Below, in pieces: positions 9,916 through 19,667 of a DNA stretch of 62,114 nt. The DNA comes from Bacillota bacterium (lineage in GTDB: Bacteria; Bacillota; Clostridia; Peptostreptococcales; Anaerovoracaceae), in contig CAWVKQ010000074.1 in the NCBI GenBank assembly GCA_963929955.1, positions 1 through 62,114 on the forward strand. Direction: 5' to 3'. The translations under genes were made by a program, and so were the position numbers. The notes under the pieces are model-generated. The model was given only the letters and a program-made list of their open reading frames with translations, ran no database searches and had not been told where the DNA came from. Position 1 is the first letter of the stretch, and each line of letters opens with the position of its first letter.

Positions 9916-11199
9916 GTGGATCTTAAAGAATGTCTGCATATGCTCATGCAGGCGGGGAGAAATGATGCTGCGGACACGGTGGAGAAAATGGCCCATTATG
10001 AAGAGGTGTTCTGGGAAAACCCCTGCTGTGAACAGCGCGGGGAGGATGTGGGCCTTGATACGGAAGGAGCGGAAAAAAGGCTGCAGAGGTTCGCGCCGTA
10101 TATAAGGACCGTGTTCCCTGAGACAGATAACGGCATAATAGAGTCTCCGCTTATCGATATAAGCAAAATGAAAGAAAGGCTGTTCCCCGTAAAGGGAAGA
10201 CTGCTTTTAAAGGAGGACAGCGATCTTCCCATATCAGGCTCGGTAAAGGCAAGAGGCGGTATATACGAGGTGCTGAAGACGGCAGAGACGATAGCTGTGA
10301 GAAGCGGTATGCTCAGCGAAGAAGACGATTACGCCGTGATGGCAGATCAGAGGTTCAGGGAGCTTTTTTCACAGTATAAGGTAGCCGTGGGATCCACCGG
10401 GAATCTGGGGCTCAGCATAGGAATAGCGGGAGCTGCGATGGGATTCAAAACAGTGGTGCATATGTCGTCCGATGCCAGGGAGTGGAAAAAAGAGCTTCTG
10501 CGGGAAAAGGGCGCTGTGGTCAGAGAGCATGACGGAGATTACGAAGAGGCTGTGGCGCAGGGCAGAATGGAAGCCGCTGAGGACAGGATGTGCCATTTTG
10601 TCGATGATGAGAATTCCACGGATCTTCTGGAAGGATATTCGACCGCGGGGCCGCGCCTTAAAAAGCAGCTGGATGATATGGGAATAAGGACGGACAGAGA
10701 GCACAAGCTTTACGTTTATATACCCTGCGGCGTAGGAGGCGCTCCGGCAGGCATAGCATACGGGCTCAGAAAAGCATTCGGAGAAAACGTACATGTATAT
10801 TTTGCGGAGCCTACTCATGCGCCATGTATGACCCTTGGACTTATCACAGGTCTGGGAAGGGATATAAGCGTGAGGGACATAGGGATAGACGGTATAACAG
10901 AGGCTGACGGCCTTGCCGTATGCAGACCGTCGGCTCCGGCGACGGATGCGGCAAGATACACGGTTTCCGGCTGCTTTACGGTCGGGGACAGGAAGCTTTA
11001 CAGATATATGAGGATGCTGAAGGAGTCTGAGGATATATTCGCAGAGCCTTCGGCATGCGCGGCATTTGACGGGCTGAGATATACATCTGATGCAGATGAG
11101 ACTTCCGTACATGTCGTATGGTCAACGGGAGGTTCGATGATGCCAAGGCGGGAGCGGGAAGCGTTCCTGGAAAAAGGAAAGGAGGAATACAGAGGATGA
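9916..11199 (+). CDS. dsdA: D-serine ammonia-lyase
   Basis: LPISGSVKARGG (PLP lysine), VGSTGNLGLSIG, PCGVGGAP and EPSA motifs; GTG start after AGGAGG. Confidence 0.93.
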   Translation: MDLKECLHMLMQAGRNDAADTVEKMAHYEEVFWENPCCEQRGEDVGLDTEGAEKRLQRFAPYIRTVFPETDNGIIESPLIDISKMKERLFPVKGRLLLKEDSDLPISGSVKARGGIYEVLKTAETIAVRSGMLSEEDDYAVMADQRFRELFSQYKVAVGSTGNLGLSIGIAGAAMGFKTVVHMSSDAREWKKELLREKGAVVREHDGDYEEAVAQGRMEAAEDRMCHFVDDENSTDLLEGYSTAGPRLKKQLDDMGIRTDREHKLYVYIPCGVGGAPAGIAYGLRKAFGENVHVYFAEPTHAPCMTLGLITGLGRDISVRDIGIDGITEADGLAVCRPSAPATDAARYTVSGCFTVGDRKLYRYMRMLKESEDIFAEPSACAAFDGLRYTSDADETSVHVVWSTGGSMMPRREREAFLEKGKEEYRG

Positions 11200-11681
11200 G
11201 GGAAAAAGAAGATATAAAGAGAGGGCAGGAGCGGCTTGAAGCTCATGCCGAAAAAACGTTCACAGAAAACAACGTGAATCAGAGAGAGCTTATAAACGGC
11301 ATGATGAAAATGGAGATTGCCGGCTGTTCCTATGAAGAAAAATCGCTGACATTCGCTTTTCCGGTGCAGCAGTGGCAGGCCAACAGGGCGGGAACGCTTC
11401 ACGGCGGGATAATATGCACAGCGTTCGATATAACGGCGTCGGCTCTTGCAAGGTTTTTCGCGGGAGAGAATTTCGCGCCTACAGTGAGCCTGGACGTAAA
11501 GTATGTGAGACCGGCAAAGGTGGGAGACAGGCTGCTGGTGACGGCCAGGGCGACGGCTTCCGGCAAAAGGATAACGCAGCTCACATGCGAGGCGTACAGC
11601 GAAGACAGCGGAAAGCTCGTGGCAACCGGAGCCTCTGTGTTCCTAAACGTGGATACCATGAAGGAGAAAGCGCAAAAATAA
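11196..11681 (+). CDS. PaaI-family hotdog thioesterase
   Basis: NRAGTLHGG...D motif and YVRPAKVGD; overlaps the dsdA stop. Confidence 0.85.
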   Translation: MREKEDIKRGQERLEAHAEKTFTENNVNQRELINGMMKMEIAGCSYEEKSLTFAFPVQQWQANRAGTLHGGIICTAFDITASALARFFAGENFAPTVSLDVKYVRPAKVGDRLLVTARATASGKRITQLTCEAYSEDSGKLVATGASVFLNVDTMKEKAQK

Positions 11682-11701
11682 GAGGCAACAGAAAGAATTT
11701 T

Positions 11702-11739
11702 GTTGCATAAACATTTATAATAATGTATAATTATGTGCA
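11702..11739 (+). promoter_or_regulatory. carAB promoter overlapped by two ARG-box-like sites
   Basis: TTGCAT (11703)-17-TATAAT (11726); 18-mers GTTGCATAAACATTTATA and AATGTATAATTATGTGCA spaced 2 bp apart. Confidence 0.55.
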
Positions 11740-11792
11740 GAAGGCGGCAGCGATGTCGCCTACTTGAATGTAACGAGGAGTGACATATACAT

Positions 11793-12914
11793 ATGATGGT
11801 AAATACCGAAAAGAATGAGAGCCTCATATATCTTGAGGACGGAAGCGTTTTCAAGGGAAAGGGCTTCGGAGCAAAAAAAACATCTGTGGGAGAGCTGGTG
11901 TTCAATACATCCATGACGGGATATCAGGAGATACTAACAGATCCGTCATATAAGGGACAGATAATAAATATGACTTATCCTCTTATGGGAAATTACGGCA
12001 TAAGCAGAGAGGATAACGAGTCAGAGGGTATCCACGCTTTCGGGCTTGTCATAAAGGATCTTTGCAGAGAGCCTTCCAACAGCAGAAGCGTGAAGACTCT
12101 GGAGCAGTGGCTTTATGAGAACGACGTGCCGGGAGTGTATGGAGTCGACACCAGGAAGATAACGAAGAAGATAAGAAACGAAGGCACTGTAAAGTGCATC
12201 ATAAGCACAGAGGGCATATCCATAGGAGAGGCGAAGAGGCTGCTCGATGAGGGCAACCTTAGAGGGGACTGGATGAAGGAGGTTTCCGTAAAGGAAAAAT
12301 ACACACTTGAACCCGCGAAGGGGAGCGGAGATACATTTCATGTGGCAGTGCTGGATTTCGGAGTAAAGGGCAGCATACTGGACAGCCTGAGAGAGAGGGG
12401 GTGCCGTCTTACAGTGTACCCTTACGGCACCGAGGCATCCGAGATACTGAGAGATAAGCCTGACGGAGTGTTCCTCACAAACGGGCCGGGGGATCCCGAG
12501 GAAGCCACAGAGGCTGTAGAGCAGGTAAGAAACCTCATAAGAACAAGCGAGCTTCCGATGTTCGGTATATGTATGGGACATCAGATACTGGCAATAGCGC
12601 TGGGAGGAAAGACATACAAGCTCAAATACGGTCACAGAGGCGGCAATCACGGTGTGTATGACAAGAACACGAAGAGATCATGCATAACATCGCAGAATCA
12701 CGGTTATGCGGTACAATACGAAAGCATAATACTGAAAGGCATGGAGGTCACTCATCTGAACCTCAACGACGGTACTGTCGAGGGGATGGAGCACAGGGAT
12801 CTTCCCGTATTTTCCGTGCAGTTCCATCCGGAAGCTTCTCCGGGACCGAACGACAACGCGTACCTGTTTGACAAGTTTATAGGACTGATGAAAAAGGAGG
12901 AGGAAAATGCCTAA
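11793..12914 (+). CDS. carA: Carbamoyl-phosphate synthase small subunit
   Basis: GELVFNTSMTGYQE, NGPGDP, GICMGHQ and QFHPE motifs. Confidence 0.98.
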   Translation: MMVNTEKNESLIYLEDGSVFKGKGFGAKKTSVGELVFNTSMTGYQEILTDPSYKGQIINMTYPLMGNYGISREDNESEGIHAFGLVIKDLCREPSNSRSVKTLEQWLYENDVPGVYGVDTRKITKKIRNEGTVKCIISTEGISIGEAKRLLDEGNLRGDWMKEVSVKEKYTLEPAKGSGDTFHVAVLDFGVKGSILDSLRERGCRLTVYPYGTEASEILRDKPDGVFLTNGPGDPEEATEAVEQVRNLIRTSELPMFGICMGHQILAIALGGKTYKLKYGHRGGNHGVYDKNTKRSCITSQNHGYAVQYESIILKGMEVTHLNLNDGTVEGMEHRDLPVFSVQFHPEASPGPNDNAYLFDKFIGLMKKEEENA

Positions 12915-15900
12915 AAAGCCATCGCTAAATAAAATTCTCATAATAGGCTCAGGCCCTATAGTTATAGGACAGGCAGCCGAATTCGACTATGCGGGTACGC
13001 AGGCGTGCAAGGCCATAAGGGAGGAAGGGATAGAGACGATACTGGTAAACAGCAACCCGGCCACCATAATGACCGATAAGGGCATAGCCGATAAAGTATA
13101 TATGGAACCTCTTACAGAAGAGGCCATGGAGCAGATACTGGAAAGAGAGAGACCTGACGGCATACTGGCCGGATTCGGAGGCCAGACGGGACTGAATCTG
13201 GCCATGGAGCTTGAAGAGAAGGGAATACTGGCAAAGTACGGCACTGAGCTTCTCGGAGTGAACAGGGACAGTATAAAAAAGGCTGAGAACAGAGAGGAGT
13301 TCAAGAAGCTGATGCAGGACATAGGCGAGCCTATACCTAACAGCACGATAGCCACATCAATGGACGAATGCTACAGGTTTGTGGAAGAAGAAGGATTCCC
13401 TGTAATAATAAGACCGGCCTATACCCTTGGAGGAACAGGGGGAGGAATAGCGGAAACAAAGGAAGAGCTGGAGCAGCTCTGCTACAAGGGAATGGAAAAC
13501 AGCGCCATAGGACAGATACTCCTGGAAAAATCCGTGGCAGGCTGGAAGGAGATAGAATACGAGGTAATAAGGGACAGCAGAGATAACTGCATAATAATAT
13601 GCAGCATGGAAAATCTCGATCCGGTGGGAGTCCATACGGGCGACAGTATAGTCGTGGCTCCGACTCAGACTCTGAGAGATGAAGAATACCAGATGCTCAG
13701 AGATGCATCTGTAAAGATAATAAGAAGCTTAAAGATCGAAGGCGGATGCAATGTACAGTTTGCCCTGAATCCGGACAACGGAGAGTATATAGTGATAGAG
13801 GTGAACCCTAGGGTAAGCAGATCATCGGCTCTGGCTTCAAAGGCAGCGGGATACCCGATAGCCAAGATCGCCGCCAAAATAGCACTTGGATATAATCTCG
13901 ATGAGCTTTCCAATTACGTTACTCAGACTACAAGCGCGTGCTTTGAGCCTGTGCTTGATTATGTGGTCGTGAAATTCCCGAAGTGGCCTTTTGACAAGTT
14001 CAGGACAGCTTCAAGACGCCTTGGCACCCAGATGAAGGCCACGGGAGAGGTCATGTCCATATGCAGGACATTTGAAAGCGCCCTGCTCAAAGCTCTCACA
14101 TCGATAGAGATAAAATGCGACGGGCTTCATATACCTTTCGTATCGGGGCTGGACGACGACAGGCTCATGGAAAAGCTCAAGGCGTGCGACGATGAGAGGA
14201 TATTCTGCATAGCCGAGGTAATGAGACGGGGTCTTATGGACGTGGAGGAGCTTTACAGCCTCCTCAAAATAGACAGATGGTTCCTCAGCAAGATCAAAGG
14301 CATAATAGATCTCGAGAGAAGACTGCAGAAGGGTCCTGTCAACAAGGAGCTCATATATGAAGCGGAGTCAAGAGGGTTTACGGACAGCGATATAATGATG
14401 CTCTCCGGCATATCGGCGGCAGTCCTTCAGGATATAAGAGTATATAATGACATATATCCCGTATACAAGATGGTAGATACCTGCGGCGGAGAGTTTGACG
14501 CAGTCACTCCTTATTATTATTCCTGCTACGACGATGAGGATGAAAGCGTGAGGAGCCCGGAGGAAAAGATACTGGTAATAGGCTCAGGCCCGATAAGGAT
14601 AGGCCAGGGCATAGAGTTCGACTACTGCTGCGTGCAGGGTGTATGGGCCATAAAGGAGCTGGGATACGAAGCCATAATCATGAACAACAATCCCGAGACC
14701 GTAAGCACTGATTTCGATACGTCCGATAAGCTGTATTTTGAATCTCTGCACATAGACAACGTAATGAACGTGATAAAGAGGGAGAGGCCTTACGGGGTCA
14801 TACTGCAGTTCGGAGGCCAGACATCACTGAACCTTGCGGAAAAGCTGAACAGCAGGAGCATAAACATACTGGGAACGTCCTTTGAGAACATAGATCTGGC
14901 TGAAGACAGGGAAAAATTCTCAAAGCTTCTGGCAGACCTTAAAATAGATGTGCCGGAGGGCATGGCTGTGACAAATGAGGAGGAAGCCTTTGAAGCTGTG
15001 AGACGGCTCGGATATCCTCTTGTGGTAAGACCTTCGTACGTCATAGGAGGACGCGCCATGCAGGTGGTTTATAATGACGTGGAGCTTACAAGATATCTCA
15101 AGGAAGCCGTTTCGCTTTCAACGGAGCATCCCGTACTCATAGACCAGTATATACAGGGCAAGGAAATAGAGGTCGATGCCATAGCGGACGGTGAGGACAT
15201 ACTTATACCGGGCATAATGGAGCATGTGGAGAGAGCCGGAGTACATTCCGGAGACAGTATATCCGTTTATCCGAATTTTTCACTTTCCCAAGAGGTGGAG
15301 GAAAAGCTCCTGGACTATACGAAAAGGATAGCCGGAGCGCTGGATGTTGTCGGCCTTGTAAACATACAGTACGCCTATGACGGGAAGAAGATATATGTTA
15401 TAGAGGTGAATCCGAGAGCTTCGCGTACAGTACCTATCCTCAGCAAGGTCACAAAGGTGCCTATGGTGAAGCTGGCTGTGGCCGCCATGCTGGGACATAA
15501 GCTCAGGGACAGCAAATACGGCACAGGGCTCTACAGGAAGAGCAGTGAGTATGCCGTAAAGGTGCCGGTATTCTCAAGCGCCAAGCTCACGGACATGGAT
15601 ATAGCGCTCGGACCTGAGATGAAGTCCACGGGAGAGGTGCTCGGCATAGACGAGGATCTGGATAAGGCGCTTTACAAGGGATTCCTGGGAGCGGGCATGG
15701 ACATACCGACAGAGGGCAATATATTTATAACGCTGAGGGAATCCGAGCAGAACCAGTACACGGCCGACATACTGAAAGATTACAGCGAAGCGGGATTCAG
15801 CCTTTACGCGACGGACGATACCATGGATTTCATGAAGGCTCACGAGATCGAAGCAGAGCTCATGGACTACGATACGGCTCAGAAGTGGATAACGAACCAC

Positions 15901-16110
15901 AGCAGCGAAAGCAGCGAGAAAATATCTCTTGTCGTAAACCTTCCGACAGTTGCCAACAGAAAGGAAAACGACAGCTTCCCTGTAAGGAGAAAGGCCATAG
16001 AGAGAGGAATATCCGTCATGACCTGCATGGATACGGCCAGAGTGTTCCTGAAAGCCATAAAACTGAAGCAGCGCGGAGTGAAGCTGAAATACAGGGAAAT
16101 AGCAGATTAG
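12907..16110 (+). CDS. carB: Carbamoyl-phosphate synthase large subunit
   Basis: IGSGPIVIGQAAEFDY, duplicated ATP-grasp halves, EVNPR motifs. Confidence 0.99.
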   Translation: MPKKPSLNKILIIGSGPIVIGQAAEFDYAGTQACKAIREEGIETILVNSNPATIMTDKGIADKVYMEPLTEEAMEQILERERPDGILAGFGGQTGLNLAMELEEKGILAKYGTELLGVNRDSIKKAENREEFKKLMQDIGEPIPNSTIATSMDECYRFVEEEGFPVIIRPAYTLGGTGGGIAETKEELEQLCYKGMENSAIGQILLEKSVAGWKEIEYEVIRDSRDNCIIICSMENLDPVGVHTGDSIVVAPTQTLRDEEYQMLRDASVKIIRSLKIEGGCNVQFALNPDNGEYIVIEVNPRVSRSSALASKAAGYPIAKIAAKIALGYNLDELSNYVTQTTSACFEPVLDYVVVKFPKWPFDKFRTASRRLGTQMKATGEVMSICRTFESALLKALTSIEIKCDGLHIPFVSGLDDDRLMEKLKACDDERIFCIAEVMRRGLMDVEELYSLLKIDRWFLSKIKGIIDLERRLQKGPVNKELIYEAESRGFTDSDIMMLSGISAAVLQDIRVYNDIYPVYKMVDTCGGEFDAVTPYYYSCYDDEDESVRSPEEKILVIGSGPIRIGQGIEFDYCCVQGVWAIKELGYEAIIMNNNPETVSTDFDTSDKLYFESLHIDNVMNVIKRERPYGVILQFGGQTSLNLAEKLNSRSINILGTSFENIDLAEDREKFSKLLADLKIDVPEGMAVTNEEEAFEAVRRLGYPLVVRPSYVIGGRAMQVVYNDVELTRYLKEAVSLSTEHPVLIDQYIQGKEIEVDAIADGEDILIPGIMEHVERAGVHSGDSISVYPNFSLSQEVEEKLLDYTKRIAGALDVVGLVNIQYAYDGKKIYVIEVNPRASRTVPILSKVTKVPMVKLAVAAMLGHKLRDSKYGTGLYRKSSEYAVKVPVFSSAKLTDMDIALGPEMKSTGEVLGIDEDLDKALYKGFLGAGMDIPTEGNIFITLRESEQNQYTADILKDYSEAGFSLYATDDTMDFMKAHEIEAELMDYDTAQKWITNHSSESSEKISLVVNLPTVANRKENDSFPVRRKAIERGISVMTCMDTARVFLKAIKLKQRGVKLKYREIAD

Positions 16111-16216
16111 GCATCCAAAAGAACGCTATTTTCCCATTGATGGTAAAAAAAACAACAAATTGCCATAATAACGTGGTATAATTAACCGTAATATTTGGTG
16201 AAAGGTTGGACGAAAA

Positions 16217-16423
16217 ATGATCTTACTCATTCTGGCGCTGATATTCGGATTGGTCATCTTCATATTGCTGGTAAGGAGCATAGCGAAGAACACGAAGAGA
16301 AATCTGAGATACGGTAACACATTCAGCAAGGTGTGCGAGATACTTAAGATACTCATATGCATAGAAACAGCGGCATTCATAGCCATATTCGTCATAGTGT
16401 TCATCAGAACGCTGGCCGCTTAG
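16217..16423 (+). CDS. Small two-TM membrane protein, hypothetical
   Basis: Two hydrophobic segments; TG-n-TATAAT upstream and a hairpin downstream. Confidence 0.6.
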   Translation: MILLILALIFGLVIFILLVRSIAKNTKRNLRYGNTFSKVCEILKILICIETAAFIAIFVIVFIRTLAA

Positions 16424-16436
16424 ATACCGGAGATAT

Positions 16437-16499
16437 GGCAGGCATCGCGACAGCGGTAAACCATCGCTTTCGCGGTGCTTGTTTTTATATTCTTTTTCA
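16437..16499. terminator. Hairpin between convergent genes
   Basis: GGCAGGCATCGCGA...TCGCGGTGCTTGTT then a T-rich tract. Confidence 0.5.
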
Positions 16500-17054
16500 T
16501 TAAAGCCTGTCGCTGTTGTTTAAAAGATTTCTTATATAGCCTGAGCTGAAATGTCTCGCGCCTCCTGTGCCCATGACAGTGGAATAATAGGCTACGGAAG
16601 CATTGAAGCTGTTTTCCGCTGTCCTCACTATGGCGTAGGATCCGTCGCTTCCGTCGCGGGGCAGGGTGAGGCTTCCCGGGTTGACAAAATGAACTCCACG
16701 ATACTCGTCCGTGAGGGGAACGTGGGTATGACCGAAAAAAGCGGCTGTGCAGCCGTTTTCCTTTGCCTTGTAAAACAGATTCATAAGGCCGCCCTTTACG
16801 TTCTCCATATGTCCGTGAGTGAGGAGGATGTCTCCCGCCTCGGTGCTTATGATCTCAAAATCATCACGGGAGTATCCTCCGTCGCAGTTGCCCCTTACGG
16901 ATACGACGGGAACGGAAAATTCCTTCTCTATTACCGCTGCGTCGGATATGTGGTCTCCGGTATGGGCGATAAGATCGACTGAGGTGATCTTTGGGAATAT
17001 ATCCCTGAATTTATCAAGCTTTCCGTGGGTGTCCCCTATCAGTAAAATCTTCAT
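16500..17054 (-). CDS. YfcE/MJ0936-family metallophosphoesterase
   Basis: GDTHG, HTGD, RGNCD, THGH, FGHTH and NPGS motifs. Confidence 0.92.
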   Translation of the reverse strand: MKILLIGDTHGKLDKFRDIFPKITSVDLIAHTGDHISDAAVIEKEFSVPVVSVRGNCDGGYSRDDFEIISTEAGDILLTHGHMENVKGGLMNLFYKAKENGCTAAFFGHTHVPLTDEYRGVHFVNPGSLTLPRDGSDGSYAIVRTAENSFNASVAYYSTVMGTGGARHFSSGYIRNLLNNSDRL

Positions 17055-17147
17055 ATTTTAAGTGTATCACAATCAGGTAACATTGACTAGGCGATAATTT
17101 TCAAGTACAATAAAAAATAAAAGAAATCGGGAGAAATTTGTTTTTTT

Positions 17148-17573
17148 ATGGATAAGGACAGAAAAGTATACGCAACAGACGGACACGATCTGACGGAAAA
17201 AGCCGAAAAGCTTCGAAAAGAAGGATTCACCCATGTGGAGGTAAAGGTGAACACATTCAATCATACGAGATACAAGCAGTCAAACGAAGGAAAAGAACTG
17301 CAGCCTGTTATAGACGGAATAAACAGGGCTGTGGGAGAGGGTCTCGGCATAAGGCTTGACGTTGGGATAAAGGAAGGCTTTAACGACGATGAGGTGCTGG
17401 ATTTCCTTCAGCTCACGTTCCAGCACAGATACGATATAGTATTTCTTCCTACAATAAGCTATGATTTTCTCAGGAGCAAAATGCCTGCACTGAAGAGCGC
17501 GGGAGACGATCTTGAAGACGCTGAGATGTTCAAATACCCGGGAGCGGTGGGAAGAATAGGATTTTTGAATTAG
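17148..17573 (+). CDS. MoaA-like protein (central barrel segment only; no Fe-S cysteine motifs)
   Basis: TDG..L..KA.KL..EG, VIDGI..A...GL, GFNDDEVLDF and YPGAVGRIGFL resemble the MoaA core; the protein has no Cys. Confidence 0.55.
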   Translation: MDKDRKVYATDGHDLTEKAEKLRKEGFTHVEVKVNTFNHTRYKQSNEGKELQPVIDGINRAVGEGLGIRLDVGIKEGFNDDEVLDFLQLTFQHRYDIVFLPTISYDFLRSKMPALKSAGDDLEDAEMFKYPGAVGRIGFLN

Positions 17574-17586
17574 CAGGAGCTGTCTT

Positions 17587-18321
17587 ATGCATGAAAAACT
17601 GTACAGTATGAGAAAGGAACTGGCAGGGTTCCTCAAAAACGACCGCCTTCTTAAATCGGCGGTAATGGAAGTCAATAAAGTAGACATGATAAAGGCATCT
17701 CTCATAGTAAGAAACCCCAATCATGAAAATGTAAGGGTAGATAAGATACTGGAGGGAGAGCTGCAGAAGGATGTTCCCGTAAAGGACTATGTGTTCATGG
17801 AAAATTTCCGCAACCTCATAAGGGTGGCGTACAACTGCCTGGAGATGGGAAATTACCTCGATAAAAACCTGCTCATAAGCGCTTACAGGATATTGTCAGA
17901 GGATGAGAAGGGATATTTCAGAAAATCCAACCCGGTAGTCTACATGTTCAACCATGTACCTGTTTATTCGGTGGATATAGAGGACAAGCTGGATGAGGCG
18001 ATGAGAAGGGTATACAGCCCTGAGGCGGGCGGCAATGTGATACTGAAGGCCATGTATATACATAATAAGATAATAGATATATATCCCTTCAGCGAATACA
18101 GCCCTGAGATAGCCGTATTCGCTCTCAACTACTATCTCATGGAAAACGGGTTCGCGCCCATAAGCATGCCTATAAGCAAAAGCTACTACTGTGAGCTGGT
18201 CGGAGAGTGTCTCAAGGGAAACAGACAGGAGGAATTTTACGAGTTCCTGTGCAGAGCCGTGTACGACAAGATGGAGGGCACGGTGGAAGCCTGCAGGGAA
18301 TACGATAAGAACGCGACATGA
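17587..18321 (+). CDS. Fic-domain-like protein with a degenerate active site
   Basis: GYFRKSN, then H..I..IYPFSEYSPEIA in place of HPFxDGNGRxxR, followed by LNYYLMENGF.P. Confidence 0.7.
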   Translation: MHEKLYSMRKELAGFLKNDRLLKSAVMEVNKVDMIKASLIVRNPNHENVRVDKILEGELQKDVPVKDYVFMENFRNLIRVAYNCLEMGNYLDKNLLISAYRILSEDEKGYFRKSNPVVYMFNHVPVYSVDIEDKLDEAMRRVYSPEAGGNVILKAMYIHNKIIDIYPFSEYSPEIAVFALNYYLMENGFAPISMPISKSYYCELVGECLKGNRQEEFYEFLCRAVYDKMEGTVEACREYDKNAT

Positions 18322-18338
18322 TAGTGAGCGTATAAATT

Positions 18339-18373
18339 AAAACAGAGGCTGCCGCAGACAGCCTCTGTTTTTT
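18339..18373. terminator. Bidirectional intrinsic terminator
   Basis: AAAACAGAGGCTG-N7-CAGCCTCTGTTTT between convergent genes. Confidence 0.85.
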
Positions 18374-18384
18374 CTTGAGATACT

Positions 18385-18921
18385 TCAGTTCACGCATCTC
18401 ATTCCTCTTTCCAGAGCTTCGAGATTCAGATCGATGAGCTGTTCCTTTTTTCCGGAAAACATTTCGCGGATCATCTCCTTTACGGTGACCGCTTTGAGGA
18501 CTTTTGTTTTGGCTATGTAAGCGCCCAGCATTACCATGTTGCTTACTTTTGGATTTCCCAGCTCTTCGGCTATATCGTCGCACGGAACATATATGGCATC
18601 AATATCGCCCCTGGAAACCTTATCCGATATGATGCTGCTGTTTATGAATATTGTGCCGCCCGGGGCAAGGGAAGATTCGAATTTGAGCAGCGAGGGTCTG
18701 TTCATGGCTATGACCTCTGTGGGCGTTTCCACCAGTGGCGCGCCTATGGATCCGTCGCTGAGTATGACGGTGCAGTTGGCTGTGCCGCCGCGCATTTCAG
18801 GGCCGTATGATGGTACCCATGAAGCTTCCAGATCTTCATTTACAGCCGCCTCTACAAGATTCTTACCCATGGACATCACTCCCTGTCCTCCGAATCCGGC
18901 CAGTATTATTTCTTTTCTCAT
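18385..18921 (-). CDS. 2-oxoacid:ferredoxin oxidoreductase gamma subunit (Vor type)
   Basis: AGFGGQG, PSYGPEMRGGTANC and NMVMLGA motifs. Confidence 0.93.
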   Translation of the reverse strand: MRKEIILAGFGGQGVMSMGKNLVEAAVNEDLEASWVPSYGPEMRGGTANCTVILSDGSIGAPLVETPTEVIAMNRPSLLKFESSLAPGGTIFINSSIISDKVSRGDIDAIYVPCDDIAEELGNPKVSNMVMLGAYIAKTKVLKAVTVKEMIREMFSGKKEQLIDLNLEALERGMRCVN

Positions 18922-18922
18922 T

Positions 18923-19666
18923 TCACTCCACCTCCGTATCCTTTATCACGCCGAGAGGGTAGTAGGAAGCCATGTTGTCCATGAGCCACTTATTGGCCTC
19001 AAGAGTAGTCATACCCCAGTTAGTAGGGCATGTGCTCAGCACTTCGATGAATGTGAAACCGTCTCCTGCCATCTGCCTTGCAAAAGCCTTCTTTATGGCC
19101 TTCTTTGCTTTGTTGAGATGTGGGATGTCTACAACGCACACACGCTCGGCGTATACAAGGCCGTCGAGGCTTGAAAGCATTTCCGCTACTCTCATAGGAG
19201 AACCGTGGAGATCTTTGTCACGGCCGTATCTGGCTGTGGTGGCTTTCTGACCGAGAAGGGTGGTGGGAGCCATCTGTCCGCCTGTCATGCCGTAAATAGC
19301 GTTATTTATGAATATGGTGGTGAATTTTTCACCACGCATGGCAGCGTGTACGATTTCGCCTGCTCCTATGGAGGCAAGATCGCCGTCGCCCTGATACGTG
19401 AATACAGGCTGATCAGGGTGGGTACGCTTGATGCCGGTGGCTACAGCAGGTGCGCGTCCATGCGCAGCCTCCAGAAAATCACAGGCAAGGTAGTTGCCGG
19501 CGAATACTGCACAGCCTACCGGACAAATGCCTATGGCAGTGTCTATTGCATCCATTTCTTCAAGAACTTCGGCGATGAGCTTGTGTACCGTACCGTGGCT
19601 ACAGCCGGGACAGTAGTGCATCTCCGTATCCTGAAGACCTTTGGATTTTTTATATATCACAGTCAT
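18923..19666 (-). CDS. 2-oxoacid:ferredoxin oxidoreductase beta (TPP-binding) subunit
   Basis: HYCPGCSHG, QGDGD, NNAIYGMTGGQ and STCPTNW motifs. Confidence 0.94.
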   Translation of the reverse strand: MTVIYKKSKGLQDTEMHYCPGCSHGTVHKLIAEVLEEMDAIDTAIGICPVGCAVFAGNYLACDFLEAAHGRAPAVATGIKRTHPDQPVFTYQGDGDLASIGAGEIVHAAMRGEKFTTIFINNAIYGMTGGQMAPTTLLGQKATTARYGRDKDLHGSPMRVAEMLSSLDGLVYAERVCVVDIPHLNKAKKAIKKAFARQMAGDGFTFIEVLSTCPTNWGMTTLEANKWLMDNMASYYPLGVIKDTEVE

Positions 19667-19667
19667 A

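Noticed and set aside
17571-17594. Read-through of the mini-MoaA TAG as pyrrolysine
   Set aside because: The downstream codons (QELSYA*) do not resemble the MoaA Cys-rich C-terminus.
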